From positions 51,770,001 to 51,834,000 of the forward strand of contig NW_027266308.1 of NCBI RefSeq assembly GCF_022045235.1: a stretch of DNA of 64,000 nt, given 5' to 3'. This document shows positions 40,161 to 52,909 of this stretch, piece by piece. The notes below the pieces were generated by a model. It did not search any database, was not told where the DNA came from, and saw only the letters and a program-made list of their open reading frames with translations. The position numbers and the translations under genes were made by a program. Every line of letters starts with the position of its first letter. Within the stretch, counting starts at the first letter, position 1. This DNA is from Haliotis cracherodii (taxonomy: Eukaryota).

Positions 40161-40277
40161 GTATTCTGGTTTATCCTTCCTTAGGCTTAGTACTTTTAAT
40201 GTTTGCAGACCAATAGGAATGATTTAGATACTGTTTTGTATTCATCTTGTTCAGTGCAGATAGTTGTCATGACAATT

Positions 40278-40936
40278 GGGAGCAGGTGAAAACGGCCTCA
40301 TGTCAGAACTGCCTCAAAAGGTAAAGTCGAAACGGCCACCATCCAATGTCAAAATGGCCACCATAAAAAGTCATAGCGGCCACACACAAAAAATCATAAC
40401 GCCACACAGAAAATAAAGAAGACAAAACTCAAGTATTGTGTATTATATACATTGTATAACAGTTGATAACACAATGTGCATGATATACACACAGATGTTA
40501 ATTCAGCAATAACTCAGCACTAAACATCACATATCACACATCCCTATCCCCTAAACCCTTAGTCCATGGTTTGAAGCGCTTATGTTAAGCAGCTCAGATG
40601 GTGTTATGTCGCCTCACTTGTACAATCTGCAGGCCGCAAAGATTTGTTCTTGTTGCCAAGGGGCTGTTCTGAACTCTTGAACACAGTACAGAGATCAAAG
40701 CAAAGTGATGAGATTGGTAAAAACAACACATGAACTCTACTGGAAGATATTACATTGTAAACAACATCTAACATGTATACTCTGTACACATCCTGCTCAC
40801 ATTAGATATTCATTTATTATTATCCTGGACAATTTGACTTTTTTCTGGCCATTATTTTTGTTGTGGCCGTTTTGACTTTTTATGGCCGTTTTGAGTTTTG
40901 AGGCGTTCTGACATGAGGCTGTTTTGACTACAACCC
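40278..40936. mobile_element. MULE-like non-autonomous element
   Basis: Long TIRs starting ggg with reiterated aaaacggcc, 9-bp TSD atgacaat(t/g). Confidence 0.7.
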
Positions 40937-41507
40937 ATGACAATGATGACACATAAGTACTTCTGGACATAACAGTGTAGTGGGTTAGGATTAAGAGTGG
41001 ATCCTAGGATTTTGTAGTATCTGAATCTATTGCCCCCGGCCACATCATACCAAAAGACGTTACAAGATGGTATTTGTTGTTACCCTGTCTGGCGCTCGGC
41101 ATTAAGGGGCTAAAACAAGGACTGGTCGGCTCCGAGTCAGTATACTGTGTCTGATTAGGATATTCATGTTAAACTGTGGCATGGTATCTCAGTGAGCCAG
41201 CGCTATAAATCGGACTAGTGTATGCACGCACATTGCTATATAAGTGCAATAATCTTGGACGCGACGTTAAACCCAATTTCACCCCACCTCACCTTTATTT
41301 TTAACATTCCGGTTATGACATGTTAAGCATGGAAGACCTGGAAAAAAGTAAACACTGGTGTACATAGTCACGACACAGCCTAGAATTTCAACCATAGAAA
41401 CATAGTACTTATGTCTTCATGTTTTAACAGTTGACTCATGCATAGAGTACAGCCAAGGAATGACAACTGTGTGCAGTTCTATTCAGTTCATGATTGCTGT
41501 GTTTCAG

Positions 41508-41612
41508 ATTGACAAGCTCCAGAAGGCTTTAAGAGAATACTACACTCAGCAAGCTGAACCTGGAGACGCCAAGACCAAAAATGATCAACAGAGACAAGAA
41601 GAAAGTGTAACT
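41508..41612 (+). CDS. NUSAP1: NuSAP exon 2 (IDKLQKALREYY...ESVT)
   Basis: Acceptor tttcag, donor GTAAGC. 105 nt, phase 0. Completes the SAP helix (compare ATKLLKAL). Confidence 0.82.
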
Positions 41613-42280
41613 GTAAGCATGATAAGAACGGACTCCTCAATATACATTTCACTGCAACATGCATTGCTGGATTTTCTTGATCATTGTTGATTGTTCTCTT
41701 ATGTCTTTGGTTGTGTCTGTTAAAACACTGTCAAAAATGTTAACACATGGTTAAAGATTTTAACGTGTTAACATTAAAGATACATATTTCCCTGATTTTT
41801 GTTATCCACCAACTAATCCTTAATCTCCTGACATACCAGGTAGTGTTCTTCCACAGACTACCAATGATCTATGTGGAATTGCAGATGAATATGGCATAAG
41901 CCCTGAGCCTTTGGCAAGGTACTTTGTTAACAGGTGAAGGGTGATCTATAATTCTGAGTAGGCTATTCAGCATCTTACTCATTGTCATTTTAAGAAAGAA
42001 AATTAAGAAAAATGTATGACATGTCAACCCTGATGGGATACCTATTATTCGGATTCATGATGCAATCATGGCCGTGTTATAAATTTGTGATGGCAACCAG
42101 TCTCATTAAAATCAGATCTTAGTTCTTAGTTCTCTCTATTGCTAAACAAAGATCTGAGGACAGCCCATTAAGGGTCACGTCAGAACGACCTTTCATCCAA
42201 CCAATCAGAGCGTTGCTTACCAGATCATGAAAGTGACAGTCGGAATGTGCAGTGTTATAAATTTGTGATGGCAACAATCA

Positions 42281-42560
42281 TGTACTCATCTTATCGAAGC
42301 AAGGGAGTTAACTCTAAAAGTCCAGTTTCCACCCTTTCTGGAATTTCTAATCTAACTCCTGGCACCACCAGTAGTTATTTTGAGTTGTCCCTTCTTTGCC
42401 CTCCTATTCACCAATCAGATTCCACCTTCCCATAACACTTGCATTTGCTTCAAACACCAAGTCAAGATGATCTGATCGATGATCAAGATCTACATTATAA
42501 TAAAGGGGTCTTACCTTTTACAGTCAGTTAACTCCCTTGCCTTGGGAAGATGTGAAATAC
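42281..42560. mobile_element. MITE-like element of unknown class
   Basis: Inverted repeat catctt...gcaagggagttaact / agttaactcccttgc...aagatg. Confidence 0.55.
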
Positions 42561-42832
42561 TGTTCTCAACAACAAAGGAGACATGTGACATCATCCCCCG
42601 AAGTAGTGACCATTTTGGTTTCCAATTCGACTTAAATGTATTATTGGCGACTTAAATTTATCTTCTGCTTGCCACTTGCCTTCCTAAAAGTAAACATAAC
42701 TGGCAACAATATCTATTTAAACTATGAATAGATAGTAACTCCAGATCATGTTAACTAACTCATGTTTGCAAGGCCAGTGTCATACACATAATAATTATAA
42801 ATGTGTCATTTCATGATTTTTTTTATCATGAA

Positions 42833-43608
42833 GATACCCCGACCTTAATAGGGCGGAGGTAATTCCGTCCGCAAGGACATTTTTTTTGTGTTGCCTATAA
42901 AGTGAAAACTGGTGCATAGATTCTTTTCAAACTTAGGGAACACTTTTTGTACCTATAGGAGAGGTGCAGTGTGAAGTTTGTTTGCAATATTTGGATCTTC
43001 TCGAAAAATACAGCTTTTAAAAAAGTTAGGTTTTTTTCTTTCTTTTTTTTACTTGAACATTTGAGCAATCTATCATTTGAAAACTACTTCATGGATTCTT
43101 TTCCAATTGGGGGTACAGTATTTATACCAATAGGAGAGGTGCAATGCTAAGTTTGTTTTCAATGGTAGGATTTTCTGAACAAATACAGGTATGTTTCACT
43201 TAGATTTTTTTACTGAAACATTTGTGTGACCTTTAACTAGAAAACTGCTTCATGGATTCTTTTCAAATTTAAGGAATAGTTTTCCATACTAATAGAAGAG
43301 CTTCAGTGCAAAGTTTAATTTTGATATGTGTATTTTCTGGGGGGGAAATGATGTTTTTCATGTTTTTAACTCAGAATATTTTTTTTACTTGAACATTTGT
43401 GTGACCTATAACTTAAAAAAACTACTTCATGGATTCTCTTCCAATTGGGGGGTACAATTACTTTACCAATAGGAGAGGTGCAGTGTAAAGTTTTATTTTG
43501 ATAAGCAGATTTTCTGAGAAACATTTCTTTTTTTGTGTTTTGTACTTATAAATATGTTGGAATCAAAGTAGGGGGCATTAGTGAGCCCAGCTCACTTTTC
43601 GTCTTGTT
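42833..43608 (+). mobile_element. Helentron/HINE-like element with 4 internal repeats of about 160-180 bp
   Basis: 5' atacccc and subterminal ggggcat inverted repeat, 3' hairpin gtgagc-cca-gctcac then cttgtt. Repeats start gaaaact...catggattcttttc near 42904, 43079, 43240 and 43418. Confidence 0.7.
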
Positions 43609-43784
43609 TATTTATAGTTAATGCAATTAGAGGTGTTTCATTAATAGCTAGGATATTTTGTACCCTGTTACATAGACATGGACACAAGTGATATTGTACC
43701 AAAAGGAAATGCAATTTACATTATTATTTATGTCTATAACAATAGAATACCCATCTTTAGATTTCACGCATTGAAGCCCCTGCA

Positions 43785-44000
43785 AACATATGTCCTACCT
43801 CAAATGAAACTTGGGTGAATATATGTCCTATCTCAAATGAAACCCGGGTGAACATATGTCCTACCTCTAATGAAACTTGGGTGAATATATGTCCTACCTC
43901 AAATGAAACTTGGGTGAATATATGTCCTATCTCAAATGAAACCTGGGTGAACATATGTCCTACCTCAAATGAAACTTGGGTGAATATATGTCCTATCTCA
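43785..44000. repeat. 33-bp minisatellite, about 6.5 copies
   Basis: Unit atatgtcctacctcaaatgaaacttgggtgaat. Confidence 0.93.
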
Positions 44001-44366
44001 GATTCTCAGTCAGGCTCCTTGGAATAAAAGGTTGGCTCCTATAAACGAAGGTTTGGCTCCTATAAACGAAGGTTAGGAGCTACTTGGCTTTCCAATGAAA
44101 AGGACTCAGAGGGCAGGACATCATATTGCTTTAACAAGTTCAAATAAACAATCAGCATTGAAAATCACCATAAATGCACATAGATGTGTTGAAAAGCTAT
44201 ATAAGCTACACTTGATCCTAAATAATTTAGGTCCATGGTTAACATGGTTAAGGGTATTATTTTATTTTTTTTCCAAATTGCCTACCGAGGGCACTTATTT
44301 TAGAATCCAAGATAATTTCCTGTCATGGGGATATTGTGTCCTAAATGCTGTGTCCCATTGTTTCAG

Positions 44367-44477
44367 AGTGACAGTATGGACACAGATGAAGTGGAGACGA
44401 AGCAGGCCGGGCGTGTCACCAAGAAGGCCAAGAGACGAGGGAGGGGGAAGAAGGCAGCCAAGAAGACTGTAGAGGAG
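44367..44477 (+). CDS. NUSAP1: NuSAP exon 3 (SDSMDTDE...KKAKRRGRGKKAAKK, basic NLS-like)
   Basis: Acceptor tttcag, donor GAG|GTAGTG. 111 nt, phase 0. Confidence 0.72.
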
Positions 44478-44860
44478 GTAGTGGCCCTTTTGACCGATGA
44501 TCTAAAGTAGCAAGTTGTGTAACAGACAGGGTTTATCACAGTGTGTGCTGTAGTTTGACAAGGAGTGTAACCAGTCAGCATTTAGTGATACTCATAATAC
44601 CTGTTCTCTCACACAATAAGGTATTTGTCATGTGGCAAGTATTCATATAAACATAGTACACTATTAGCAGGCTTTCACAATAGGTTTTTATTGGAATCCT
44701 AATCATCCAAATAGTTGATGAGTGTTCATGTGTAGTGGAGAAACCAGTGGCCTGATACACCATGCACACTGATGCAGTGATGGGTTACCTCCTTACTCCT
44801 AATTTGTGCATCATCTGTCATCTCCAAATTCAGTAAGTTCGGCACATGAAGTAAGTGTCA

Positions 44861-44969
44861 GGGCCCCGTTCCACAAAGCCATCTTAGCGCTAAGGTGATC
44901 GCAACACCTATACTTTAATACTGGCTTACGACAATCGTAGCTCTAAGATCGCTTTGTGAAACGGTGCCC
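44861..44969. mobile_element. Harbinger-like hairpin MITE
   Basis: TIR gggccccgttccacaaag / ctttgtgaaacggtgccc, TNA flanks. Confidence 0.65.
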
Positions 44970-45412
44970 TGACGGTCCATCCTCCAACTGCTGCAGATTT
45001 CATTGCAGTGTGAGTGTATATGGGTTCATACTTCCCACTTGGTACTTGTAGACAAATTTCTAAATCCTACATTCATGTTTGCCCCTGTTTTAAATTTGTT
45101 GATAATTGCGAACATGGAAGTGTGCAGTCGTCTAATTTGTCTAAGGCGATGAAATTTAATGTACAGAGTTGTGTCCCTTATGCATGTCAGGATCTTTATT
45201 CCTATGGTCATGGTTTCAAAAGCCAGCTCTGATAATGGTCCTTAGTATTTCCAGGCTCGTGGTCTTCAAAAAAGTCGTAAGTGTCCAAGACTTGGATAAC
45301 TTCAGGGTCTTCTCCTACATGTAGACATGATGACTGAAATACTGTTAAAAGCGGCATTAAACCCACTCACTAACTCTCCCTGTGCACAATCTGACTCCTG
45401 CCACTGTTCCAG

Positions 45413-45631
45413 GACCCCAAGCCTGAAGTCAAGCTGTGTGCAACTCCTGTAGCTGCAGTCAAGGCAGGGTCCAGGAAGACAACACCTCGTACCCCGGAAC
45501 CCCCCAAGGTAGAGGCTCAGGTCAGGCCATCACCCATGACTCCTCAGATGAAGGCTGTCACGAACCTCAAGCAGACCAAAACACCTATGTCGCAGAAAAG
45601 GAAACGGTCAGGGTCTTTGCCCAAACCACAG
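45413..45631 (+). CDS. NUSAP1: NuSAP exon 4 (Pro/Thr/Lys-rich, TP sites)
   Basis: Acceptor ttccag, donor CAG|GTAATA. 219 nt, open in phase 0. Confidence 0.75.
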
Positions 45632-46002
45632 GTAATATATCACTGTCACTGTCTACTTAGATGACTGTGTCCATTTCTTAGCTCACTTGAACTGGAATTA
45701 TAGTCTGTGTTGTCCATCCATCTATCATTCTTTCATTCTATGAGTATTATGACTTTAGCATTTCAGCAATCTCCTCAGCAACAATACTGATGCTCACAGC
45801 AATGTCCCCCAAAATGTCACAGAAATCTGATCTGAATGTTTTATTCAAAAAGTTTATTATCCCCCAGATTTAGTTACGTCATGGGTCACTTTTGTGACAC
45901 ATGCCATTATAATGTACACCTTAATAATATAGTCCCTCAAACCCCAGCGAACTTTCATTGGTTGTATTTATTTGAAAAAAACATTCTCATACATTTTTTT
46001 AG

Positions 46003-46225
46003 GCTGACCGTAAACCATCTACACCTGTAGCTGAGCATAGCAACAAGAGAATTCGCAGAAGCACATTTGAGAAGAAGGATGACATGAACTTGACCCCATC
46101 ATCCCAGGGGGTGAAGGACACCAGTCCAGGCGTGAAGGCCATCCTTGGGGTGATGAAGCCGGAGATGAACAGTGCTGAGCGGAAGGCTACTTTACTCCAG
46201 GCACTAGACGAGAAGGTGCAAAAAG
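46003..46225 (+). CDS. NUSAP1: NuSAP exon 5 (ADRKPSTP...RRSTFEKK...DEKVQK)
   Basis: Acceptor ttttag, donor G|GTAAGT. 223 nt, phase 0 to 1. Confidence 0.78.
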
Positions 46226-47045
46226 GTAAGTAACTCAAAACCAGATGTGCGGGCAAGCCCTTTCCATGTCAGCTTCAATGCACATACATGTTAAATGGTT
46301 AAGGTGAACCATCCGCTTTCACAGCATTTGGAATTTCCTTTTGGAATATCAAACTGGACTGAACTAGCTAGCTTGGTATCCTCATAAGCAGCCTCCTGCT
46401 TTGTCATGTGAATTCTTCCATGGCAGACATATGTATTCAGCGGACCGTTTTGTATCCTGGTTGGTCCTCTCTCCACAGTATCACATTCTGTTATGGTCAG
46501 CTTTATGGTCAGAATATTCTCATTACATAAATTTGTAGCTCACTTTTACATTCATGGCAAGAGCAGTCTACACTTTTCATTTACTAGTCATGATGGTTGT
46601 TTGGAATCAATAGTGATTGATGCATGGCTCTCAAGGAATGCAACCCCAGCGTTAGAAATTAGCACTAGTCCTGTAGTCCTTGCCAAACTGCCCAATAGTT
46701 AAGGTATCATAAGGACTAGTAGAAATTTGCCATTTTTTAGGGTTTTGCTATATGTTATTAGAAGGACAAGTGAACTAAATAGTTAGTTTCTACCCCTGCA
46801 ACCCTTTACCTTATGTTACTTTAACAGAACAAATTGTTGCTCACAGTATGTACAAATTATCAGTATTTTGTCTCATCCTTTGCGATCAATTGTGGGTTAT
46901 CGTGATAGTGTGTTCGATTATTGACAAGCTGCTAGGTACAGCTGATGTGGCTAGATTATTGCCGTCAGTGGCCTTAAAACAACACTCGCTCACTCACTCA
47001 CCCTTACTTACCATGAGTTTTTCTGTGTTGCTGATTCAATATAAG

Positions 47046-47260
47046 ACAGAATAGGTCTTCAGAAACCCATGCTTGCATTAAAAGGCGACTATGCTTGTCG
47101 TAAGAAGCTTCTGACGGGATTGGGTGATCAGGCTGGCTGACTTGGTTAATGCATGTCATCGTATCCCAATTGCGTGGATCAATGCTCATGATATCAGTCA
47201 CTGGATTGTCTGGTCTGGTCTTGATTATTTACAGACTCGCAGTGTGGCATTAAACAACAA
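47046..47260 (+). mobile_element. Retroposon family B (other diverged copies near 17955-18140, 24655-24855, 28575-28700)
   Basis: agaataggtcttcag..cccatgcttgc..aggcgactatgcttgtcg core. Confidence 0.8.
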
Positions 47261-47391
47261 TAAAAGAAAAGAGAGAAAGATTCCATGTAAGCCACTCACT
47301 CCAGCCCTGATTAAACCAGTGATCCTAGTTACAATATATCGTTTATTCTATGTTCTAAATTACAGTTATCTCATGGTTTATATTCACACAG

Positions 47392-47511
47392 CCAAGAAAA
47401 CTGGCACCCCTACTCGAGGTGATGAGAAGCCACCTAGCAGTACACAGATCCCAAGGTTTGCTGCATTCCTGGCCAAGAAGAAGCAGGAATCTCAGAAGGC
47501 CATAACTCCTG
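47392..47511 (+). CDS. NUSAP1: NuSAP exon 6 (AKKTGTP...TQIPRFAAF...AITP)
   Basis: Acceptor acacag, donor G|GTAAGT. 120 nt, phase 1 to 1. Contains an SxIP-like TQIP motif. Confidence 0.8.
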
Positions 47512-48728
47512 GTAAGTCTGGACACTGCCTGCCCCACAGACCTTTCCATGCTTACAGATACTTGTCTTGAGGCCCAGTCAGTGTGTATTATACACAAGAG
47601 ATTAATTTTCCTGGATTAAATTGCCCATAATTAGGGGTGCGTATTTTACACAAGTGCGTATTATTCACAAGTAATTAGTACTTCGATTTGTCAACAAGAA
47701 AAATCATCTTAAACCGAAGGTACACTTTTGAACTAAACATACGTCCTTGAAAATAAATGAAATAATGATGTCACAAGACTGTCTTCTATGTGTCATAAGT
47801 AGCACCATGTGTGAAGCCCTGCGTCATGTTTATAATGAATTGGAAACAAATGACGTGTCATGACTGCCAATTGAGCCAGGATTGTGATGAAAAATATTCA
47901 GGGCGATTACCAGCACTAGACTGCTACAATATATTACCTGAACTTGTGAATATCATATACACTGGATGTAATCAATTGCTCCCATCTGTTTGGCAGTTGG
48001 GTAACCTAATGGTTAAAGCCCTTGCTTGCCATGTCGAAGGCCTCTGTTCATTACCCAACATGTGTACACCGTGAGGCCTATTTCTGGTGTCCACCGTGTA
48101 TTGCAGGAATATTGTTAAGCTGTGTAAAACCTAACTCTTGCACTGAATTACCCCATGTCAGTTTGAAAGAGGGAAAACCTGTAAGCTACTACTTAACAAA
48201 CATGTGTTAGTTAATATAAGATAGCTACGCGATAAGTTGCAAAGAACAATGAAGAACGAAGCCTGGTTTATTTCACGATAAAACATTGTTCTATCATGAA
48301 ATCATTTCTGGAGATTCGAACATGATCGATGTCATATGTTTGACATCATTGTTTTTGAGAGGGCAGTGTCTAGTGAGTTGTTCCCCATAGATGTAGCTGG
48401 GCAACACAGATGAATGGGATGGACGATCGATCGCATCCCAAACTGAGAGAGATATGACAATCGGTATTGGGAGAAAGATACAGGAAAGTGAGGATTGTGA
48501 GAATATGCGGGAAATACCCACCTGTGCATGAAATGGACTTGTCCGACATTGCCGAGGTTGGATTCTATTGAGGGAGTCATCATTAATTAAATATGGGTAC
48601 TCATGGTTTATTCTCCCTGCAGTGTTTTATTGTATGATAAACAACTCCCACTCGTCGTTTATTTCTTATATACACAGGATATTGTTTCTGTGTAGTTACT
48701 TTGTCACTCTCTTCTTCGTTGTATCCAG

Positions 48729-48922
48729 GTAACAAGGATTGGACACGAGTCCACCAGAAGGAGTTCGACAGATTCGACTCTATTGATGTGTACTTAGAGA
48801 AGAAGAGACAGAGAACAAAGTCTATCACAAAGTCTGTTACCAAGGTCAACCAGATTCTGGAGGAGTCCAAGAGGACCATCAACAGTCTGAGAAACCAGAA
48901 GACTCCAAATAATGAAAACAGG
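48729..48922 (+). CDS. NUSAP1: NuSAP exon 7 (conserved charged helix KDWTRVHQKEFDRFDSIDVYLEKKRQR)
   Basis: Resembles the NUSAP1 motif DFKKLHEAHFKEMESIDQYIERKKK. Acceptor tccag, donor GTGAGC. 194 nt, phase 1 to 0. Confidence 0.9.
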
Positions 48923-49204
48923 GTGAGCAAGCGCAGGGAAGATGACAGCTTTTCTCAAACATTTAACAGTTAACAGTCTTTCTCTTCAGCATCTTCAGGT
49001 ACATGATCACTGGTTGAGGGATTGGGTAGAAATGATTTCCTCAAACATTGGAGCAAAACTTTCAACATGGCCAGCATTAACCAGCCGTCGGATATTTCAG
49101 TATTACAGTCACATGGAACCAGTGATCAGTGATGAAAGTCTGAACTTATAATTATGTTAAAAGATTTTCTTGTAGTGTAGGGTTATTTGTTTGTCTGTTT
49201 TCAG

Positions 49205-49466
49205 TTGAAGCCCAAACCAAAGACAGATGCCAAGACCAATCTGTTCAAGTCCCCATCGGGGCCTACTCCTTTCAAGCCGACTGTGTTTAAGACCAAAAAC
49301 ATTAATACCAATTTTGGTGCCAAGACACCGAACTCCAACCCAGGAGGTAAGACTCCAGTCACACAGGGGACTGGCAAGAAGACGACACCTAAAGCAGGAG
49401 GCACGGTTGAGAGGAAGCCTGAGAGAAAGTCACTGGGAGTCGTGTCCACCAAGAAGACAACTGGAG
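49205..49466 (+). CDS. NUSAP1: NuSAP exon 8 (basic, TP/SP-rich)
   Basis: Acceptor tttcag, donor G|GTGAGA. 262 nt, phase 0 to 1. Confidence 0.85.
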
Positions 49467-49946
49467 GTGAGATAGATTTAGATATATACAAGATACAACA
49501 GGATATCTGCCCAGTCAGACTCAGAATGAATTAAAGAGACATCGTTTTAAGATCTGACAATCTATAGGACTGCTCCATTCCAGTCCAGGTCTATGCTATG
49601 TAATTAGTAGTATGTGTGAAACTTGGACATTGTCTCAGTGTAATTCAGTAACACTAACTGTTTAAAGTGGGGATGGGTGGCCCAGTGGTCCAGGGAGTCG
49701 CAGCTCTGTTGCACCCATTTACTGTTTCAGTGTTCCTTGGTCATGGGTTTGAATCCATGATTCACTATGATTCTATTCCTTGGTTGATGGTTCAATAACA
49801 GTGCAAGTCTACAATCTGCATCACAACTAAGATGATATTTAATCAAACTTTCACAACTTATCCCCAAATATATTATTATATCCTGCTGATACAAGATGCC
49901 CAAACACCTTCTTTCTCATTCTTAAATCACAACATTTTGTCTTCAG

Positions 49947-50148
49947 TCACTCCTTTCAAGTTCACTGGTTCTCTGAACACCACCATGCCTGATGGCAAGT
50001 CGTCCAAGAAGGCCAGCTTTGATTTGAAAGCCAGTCTAGCCAGGCCCGTGACATGGAGGGCCCACAAGGGCAAGCTGAAGCCAGTAGGGGATACTTCCTA
50101 CGCTGGACAACTCAATTCAGGGATGAAAGCTCCAAAAGTTGCCTCTAG
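49947..50148 (+). CDS. NUSAP1: NuSAP exon 9 (VTPFKF...FDLKASLARPVTWRAHKGKLKP)
   Basis: Close match to the hallmark NUSAP motif [22 protein letters not shown]. Acceptor cttcag, donor AG|GTTGGT. Phase 1 to 2. Confidence 0.92.
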
Positions 50149-50449
50149 GTTGGTACATCAGGCAGTGATATTGCCAACACATGAGGGGTGTGACACAGGA
50201 TACCCTGTGACACCCTTGTTACATTGTATGTAATTAGTCTATATACAGGGAGGTGTCAAGTGTGTGTGCCAAGTGTAGCATTGTATGTAAAGAGTGAGGG
50301 AATGAGTTGGTTTTTAACCTCTGTTTTCTTTTATTATTATTTTTCAATTTGTTTTAATTCTTTTACAATGGCAGATTGAAACATGCTGGTTGGATAAATT
50401 TGATGTAGCAGTATCGTGAGGAGTATATGTAGTTTTTATGTGTCCCTTG

Positions 50450-50611
50450 TTAGGCTATATACAAGCCAGAGAGGCTCATATCCTTCGTTAGGCTATATAC
50501 AAGCCAGAGAGGCTCATAGGCTATATACGAGCCAGCGAGGCTCATGTCCCTCATAAGGCTATATACGAGCCAGAAAGGCTCATAGGCTATATACGAGCCG
50601 GAGAGTCTCAT
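50450..50611. repeat. 27/38-bp intronic minisatellite (5 units here, 6 units at 57085-57283)
   Basis: Core taggctatatac(a/g)agccagagaggctca. Confidence 0.88.
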
Positions 50612-50762
50612 GATACTGCTTCAACTTATAGTGTTTGAATTTGTTTTTCTTATATTATCTAATGTATGTGTTAGAGACTGTAAAAGAATGGTTTATTTGA
50701 TATTTAGAATGTTTAGCTTTATTCCATAAGTAACAAATTGTAACCTCTATCTCTTCTGCTAG

Positions 50763-50847
50763 AGACGACAGACGAGCAGCCATGGCACAACACAGAGCCA
50801 ACAAGAAGTTCAGTAGCCAGATGCATAGACGAGGGATCAACACCTAA
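50763..50847 (+). CDS. NUSAP1: NuSAP terminal exon 10 (RDDRRAAMAQHRANKKFSSQMHRRGINT*)
   Basis: Acceptor tgctag, phase 2. C-terminal M-x-R-R-G as in NUSAP1. TAA at 50845-50847. Joined CDS is 1611 nt, or 536 aa. Confidence 0.85.
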
Positions 50848-51033
50848 GTACAGGATCTCAACTCATCCATCACGAACATCAAGTCACCATACAATGTCAG
50901 CTGGCTGGTCAGAGGGCAACTTGAGCGGTTTCCCTCACAAGTGCTAACATAGATCATCTCCTGTCTGTCACAAGCACATCCTCTCGAGCTCTTCATCGTC
51001 ACATCTATGTCAGGCATGCACATCATACATATA

Positions 51034-51153
51034 TACTACTCAAGGGAAGTTAAGAACCCCCCATGTTTTCATATGACTATAGTTAATCTGCCATGACTGA
51101 TTAACTATAGTCATATGAAAAAAGTGGGTGTTCTTAACTTCTTTTGAGTGGTA
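51034..51153. mobile_element. Hairpin MITE in the NUSAP1 3'UTR (copy 57683-57802)
   Basis: Near-complete fold-back including a perfect ttttcatatgactatagttaatc / gattaactatagtcatatgaaaa stem. Confidence 0.82.
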
Positions 51154-52464
51154 GACATACACCTTCATACTCTCATAACAGCCTAACATGTCTTAACATT
51201 CATGCAACTTACATTATCTCTGTACACCCAGTCATACATCTCTATGTATATACTTAACCTCTGCATACAGGACACTCTGTGACATAACTATCTTATCACA
51301 TCATATTCATCTCCATTCCTATCTATATCTGAATCTGTAGATCAGAAGCATGGTGTAATATAGGCATGTATTCGCTGCCTTGTATATAGGCACTTTCATG
51401 TTTTAGTCCTCGATATTGTCTCAAGTGTGACTGCTGTAACAGAAGCGTTTTCTACATCTTATGCAGCATGACAATTGACATCTTCTGGCAGACTAGTTCT
51501 TGCCATATACAGGTCTTTTCTCTGTGCCTCACTACATTATACAGTCAAACACTGTTGTGTTGAAGTCATCCGAGGTTCGACACACTCAAAAGATTACAAA
51601 TGAAGAAGGAATATGCAGGGACCGAGCTTTTACCTCGAGACAGCCGAAAGTTCGACACAACAGTGTTTGACTACTACTCAAAAACATTTAGGACCACCTG
51701 ATTCTTTCAAATATACTTCTTCAAAGTATTTGTGTTCTGTCAAACATGTCCATAACTTTTTCGTTAATCTTTGGTGCAAGTCTGTTTGTGATAAGTCATT
51801 GTCATTATTTCAAAGACAGAACTGCTCTGGTTCGGTTTAAACCGGAAGAGGTTCACAGTTCTCCTTCCAAGAACCCCAGGCTCCTCAACAGGCATGGTCA
51901 GGGTCTTCTAGTCTGAAATCGGTGGGAAATTGTAAGGATATGTAGTTAGCATACTGAAGCTAATGAAATGAATTGCTGAATTATGTTAAATATTTCTTCC
52001 CTGACACATTATTCTACTTCATTGTGCAATAGTTTCTTTTGTTATACATGTAGTGAACGTTTTTCTAAAAGCCATCATACAGAAAGAAGACACTGTTGGA
52101 ATTCAACACTTCACATCTATTCATCCTAAGTAAAGTAATGTAATGAAAGAAGTAAAGTAATGTGTACATCATTTGTAGCTAATGTCAAGTCTTAGTATCT
52201 TCAGATTTTGGCCCCTACTGCTACTATATATTATCAACAACTCCAAATACGTTTTTACCCATCTCATCATTCCAAAAAACTGATTGCTGACTTTAAGACA
52301 AAGTACTTGCTTGGACACTTTATAGAGCGCCCAGAGCGCCCAGCTCACTTCACAGGATGCATAGGATAACCACCTTTCAAGAATTATATTTGGGTGAAAC
52401 AAGTGAAAAGAAACCTATCTACAAAACTCTGCACAGTAGCCGACAATTGATGCCCATTTGTGTT

Positions 52465-52575
52465 TATACTCAAAAGAAGTTAAGGACCACCCTATTCTTT
52501 CATATTAGTATTGTTACTCATTCATACTACAACAGATAGTAATATGAAAGGGGTCCTTAACTTCTTTTTAGCATA
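52465..52575. mobile_element. Second hairpin MITE of the same family in the 3'UTR (copy 59104-59214)
   Basis: aaaagaagttaaggacc ... ggtccttaacttctttt. Confidence 0.75.
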
Positions 52576-52903
52576 TTATGTCAGGATATGAATACCGGGG
52601 ATTCATAGGTGGAAACAATCATTCTTGAAGTGGAGGTGAAACATTCACTCCATCCAGTTCAATGTTGTTAAGCTTTACATTTATGTAAGTTTTCGAAAGA
52701 TACTGACATCATTTTAACTAATTGCTTTAAAAAGAAAGAAAAAAACATCTTGACCTCAACTACTGTTTATTATGTATGTTTTGTACATGCCAAAATTTGT
52801 TGCAGACTTAATGTCATTGTTTGTTGAGATTTTATGTGTAGTAATGTAATAGTTTGTCATTCCAGAAACTTTTAAAACGGAAACATTTTAAGTTCTGGGA
52901 GGA

Positions 52904-52909
52904 AATAAA
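52904..52909 (+). terminator. Probable NUSAP1 polyadenylation signal (copy at 59543-59548)
   Basis: AATAAA followed by a T/GT-rich tract, about 2.05 kb after the stop codon. Confidence 0.55.

Noticed and set aside
41857-41918. Candidate extra NUSAP1 exon (ccacag...AG|GTACTT)
   Set aside because: At 62 nt it would shift the frame between phase-0 exons, and no compensating exon was identified.
48220-48670. Possible non-autonomous DNA element with gtttat...ataaaaca inverted motifs
   Set aside because: Termini and TSD could not be defined, so it was not listed as a feature.
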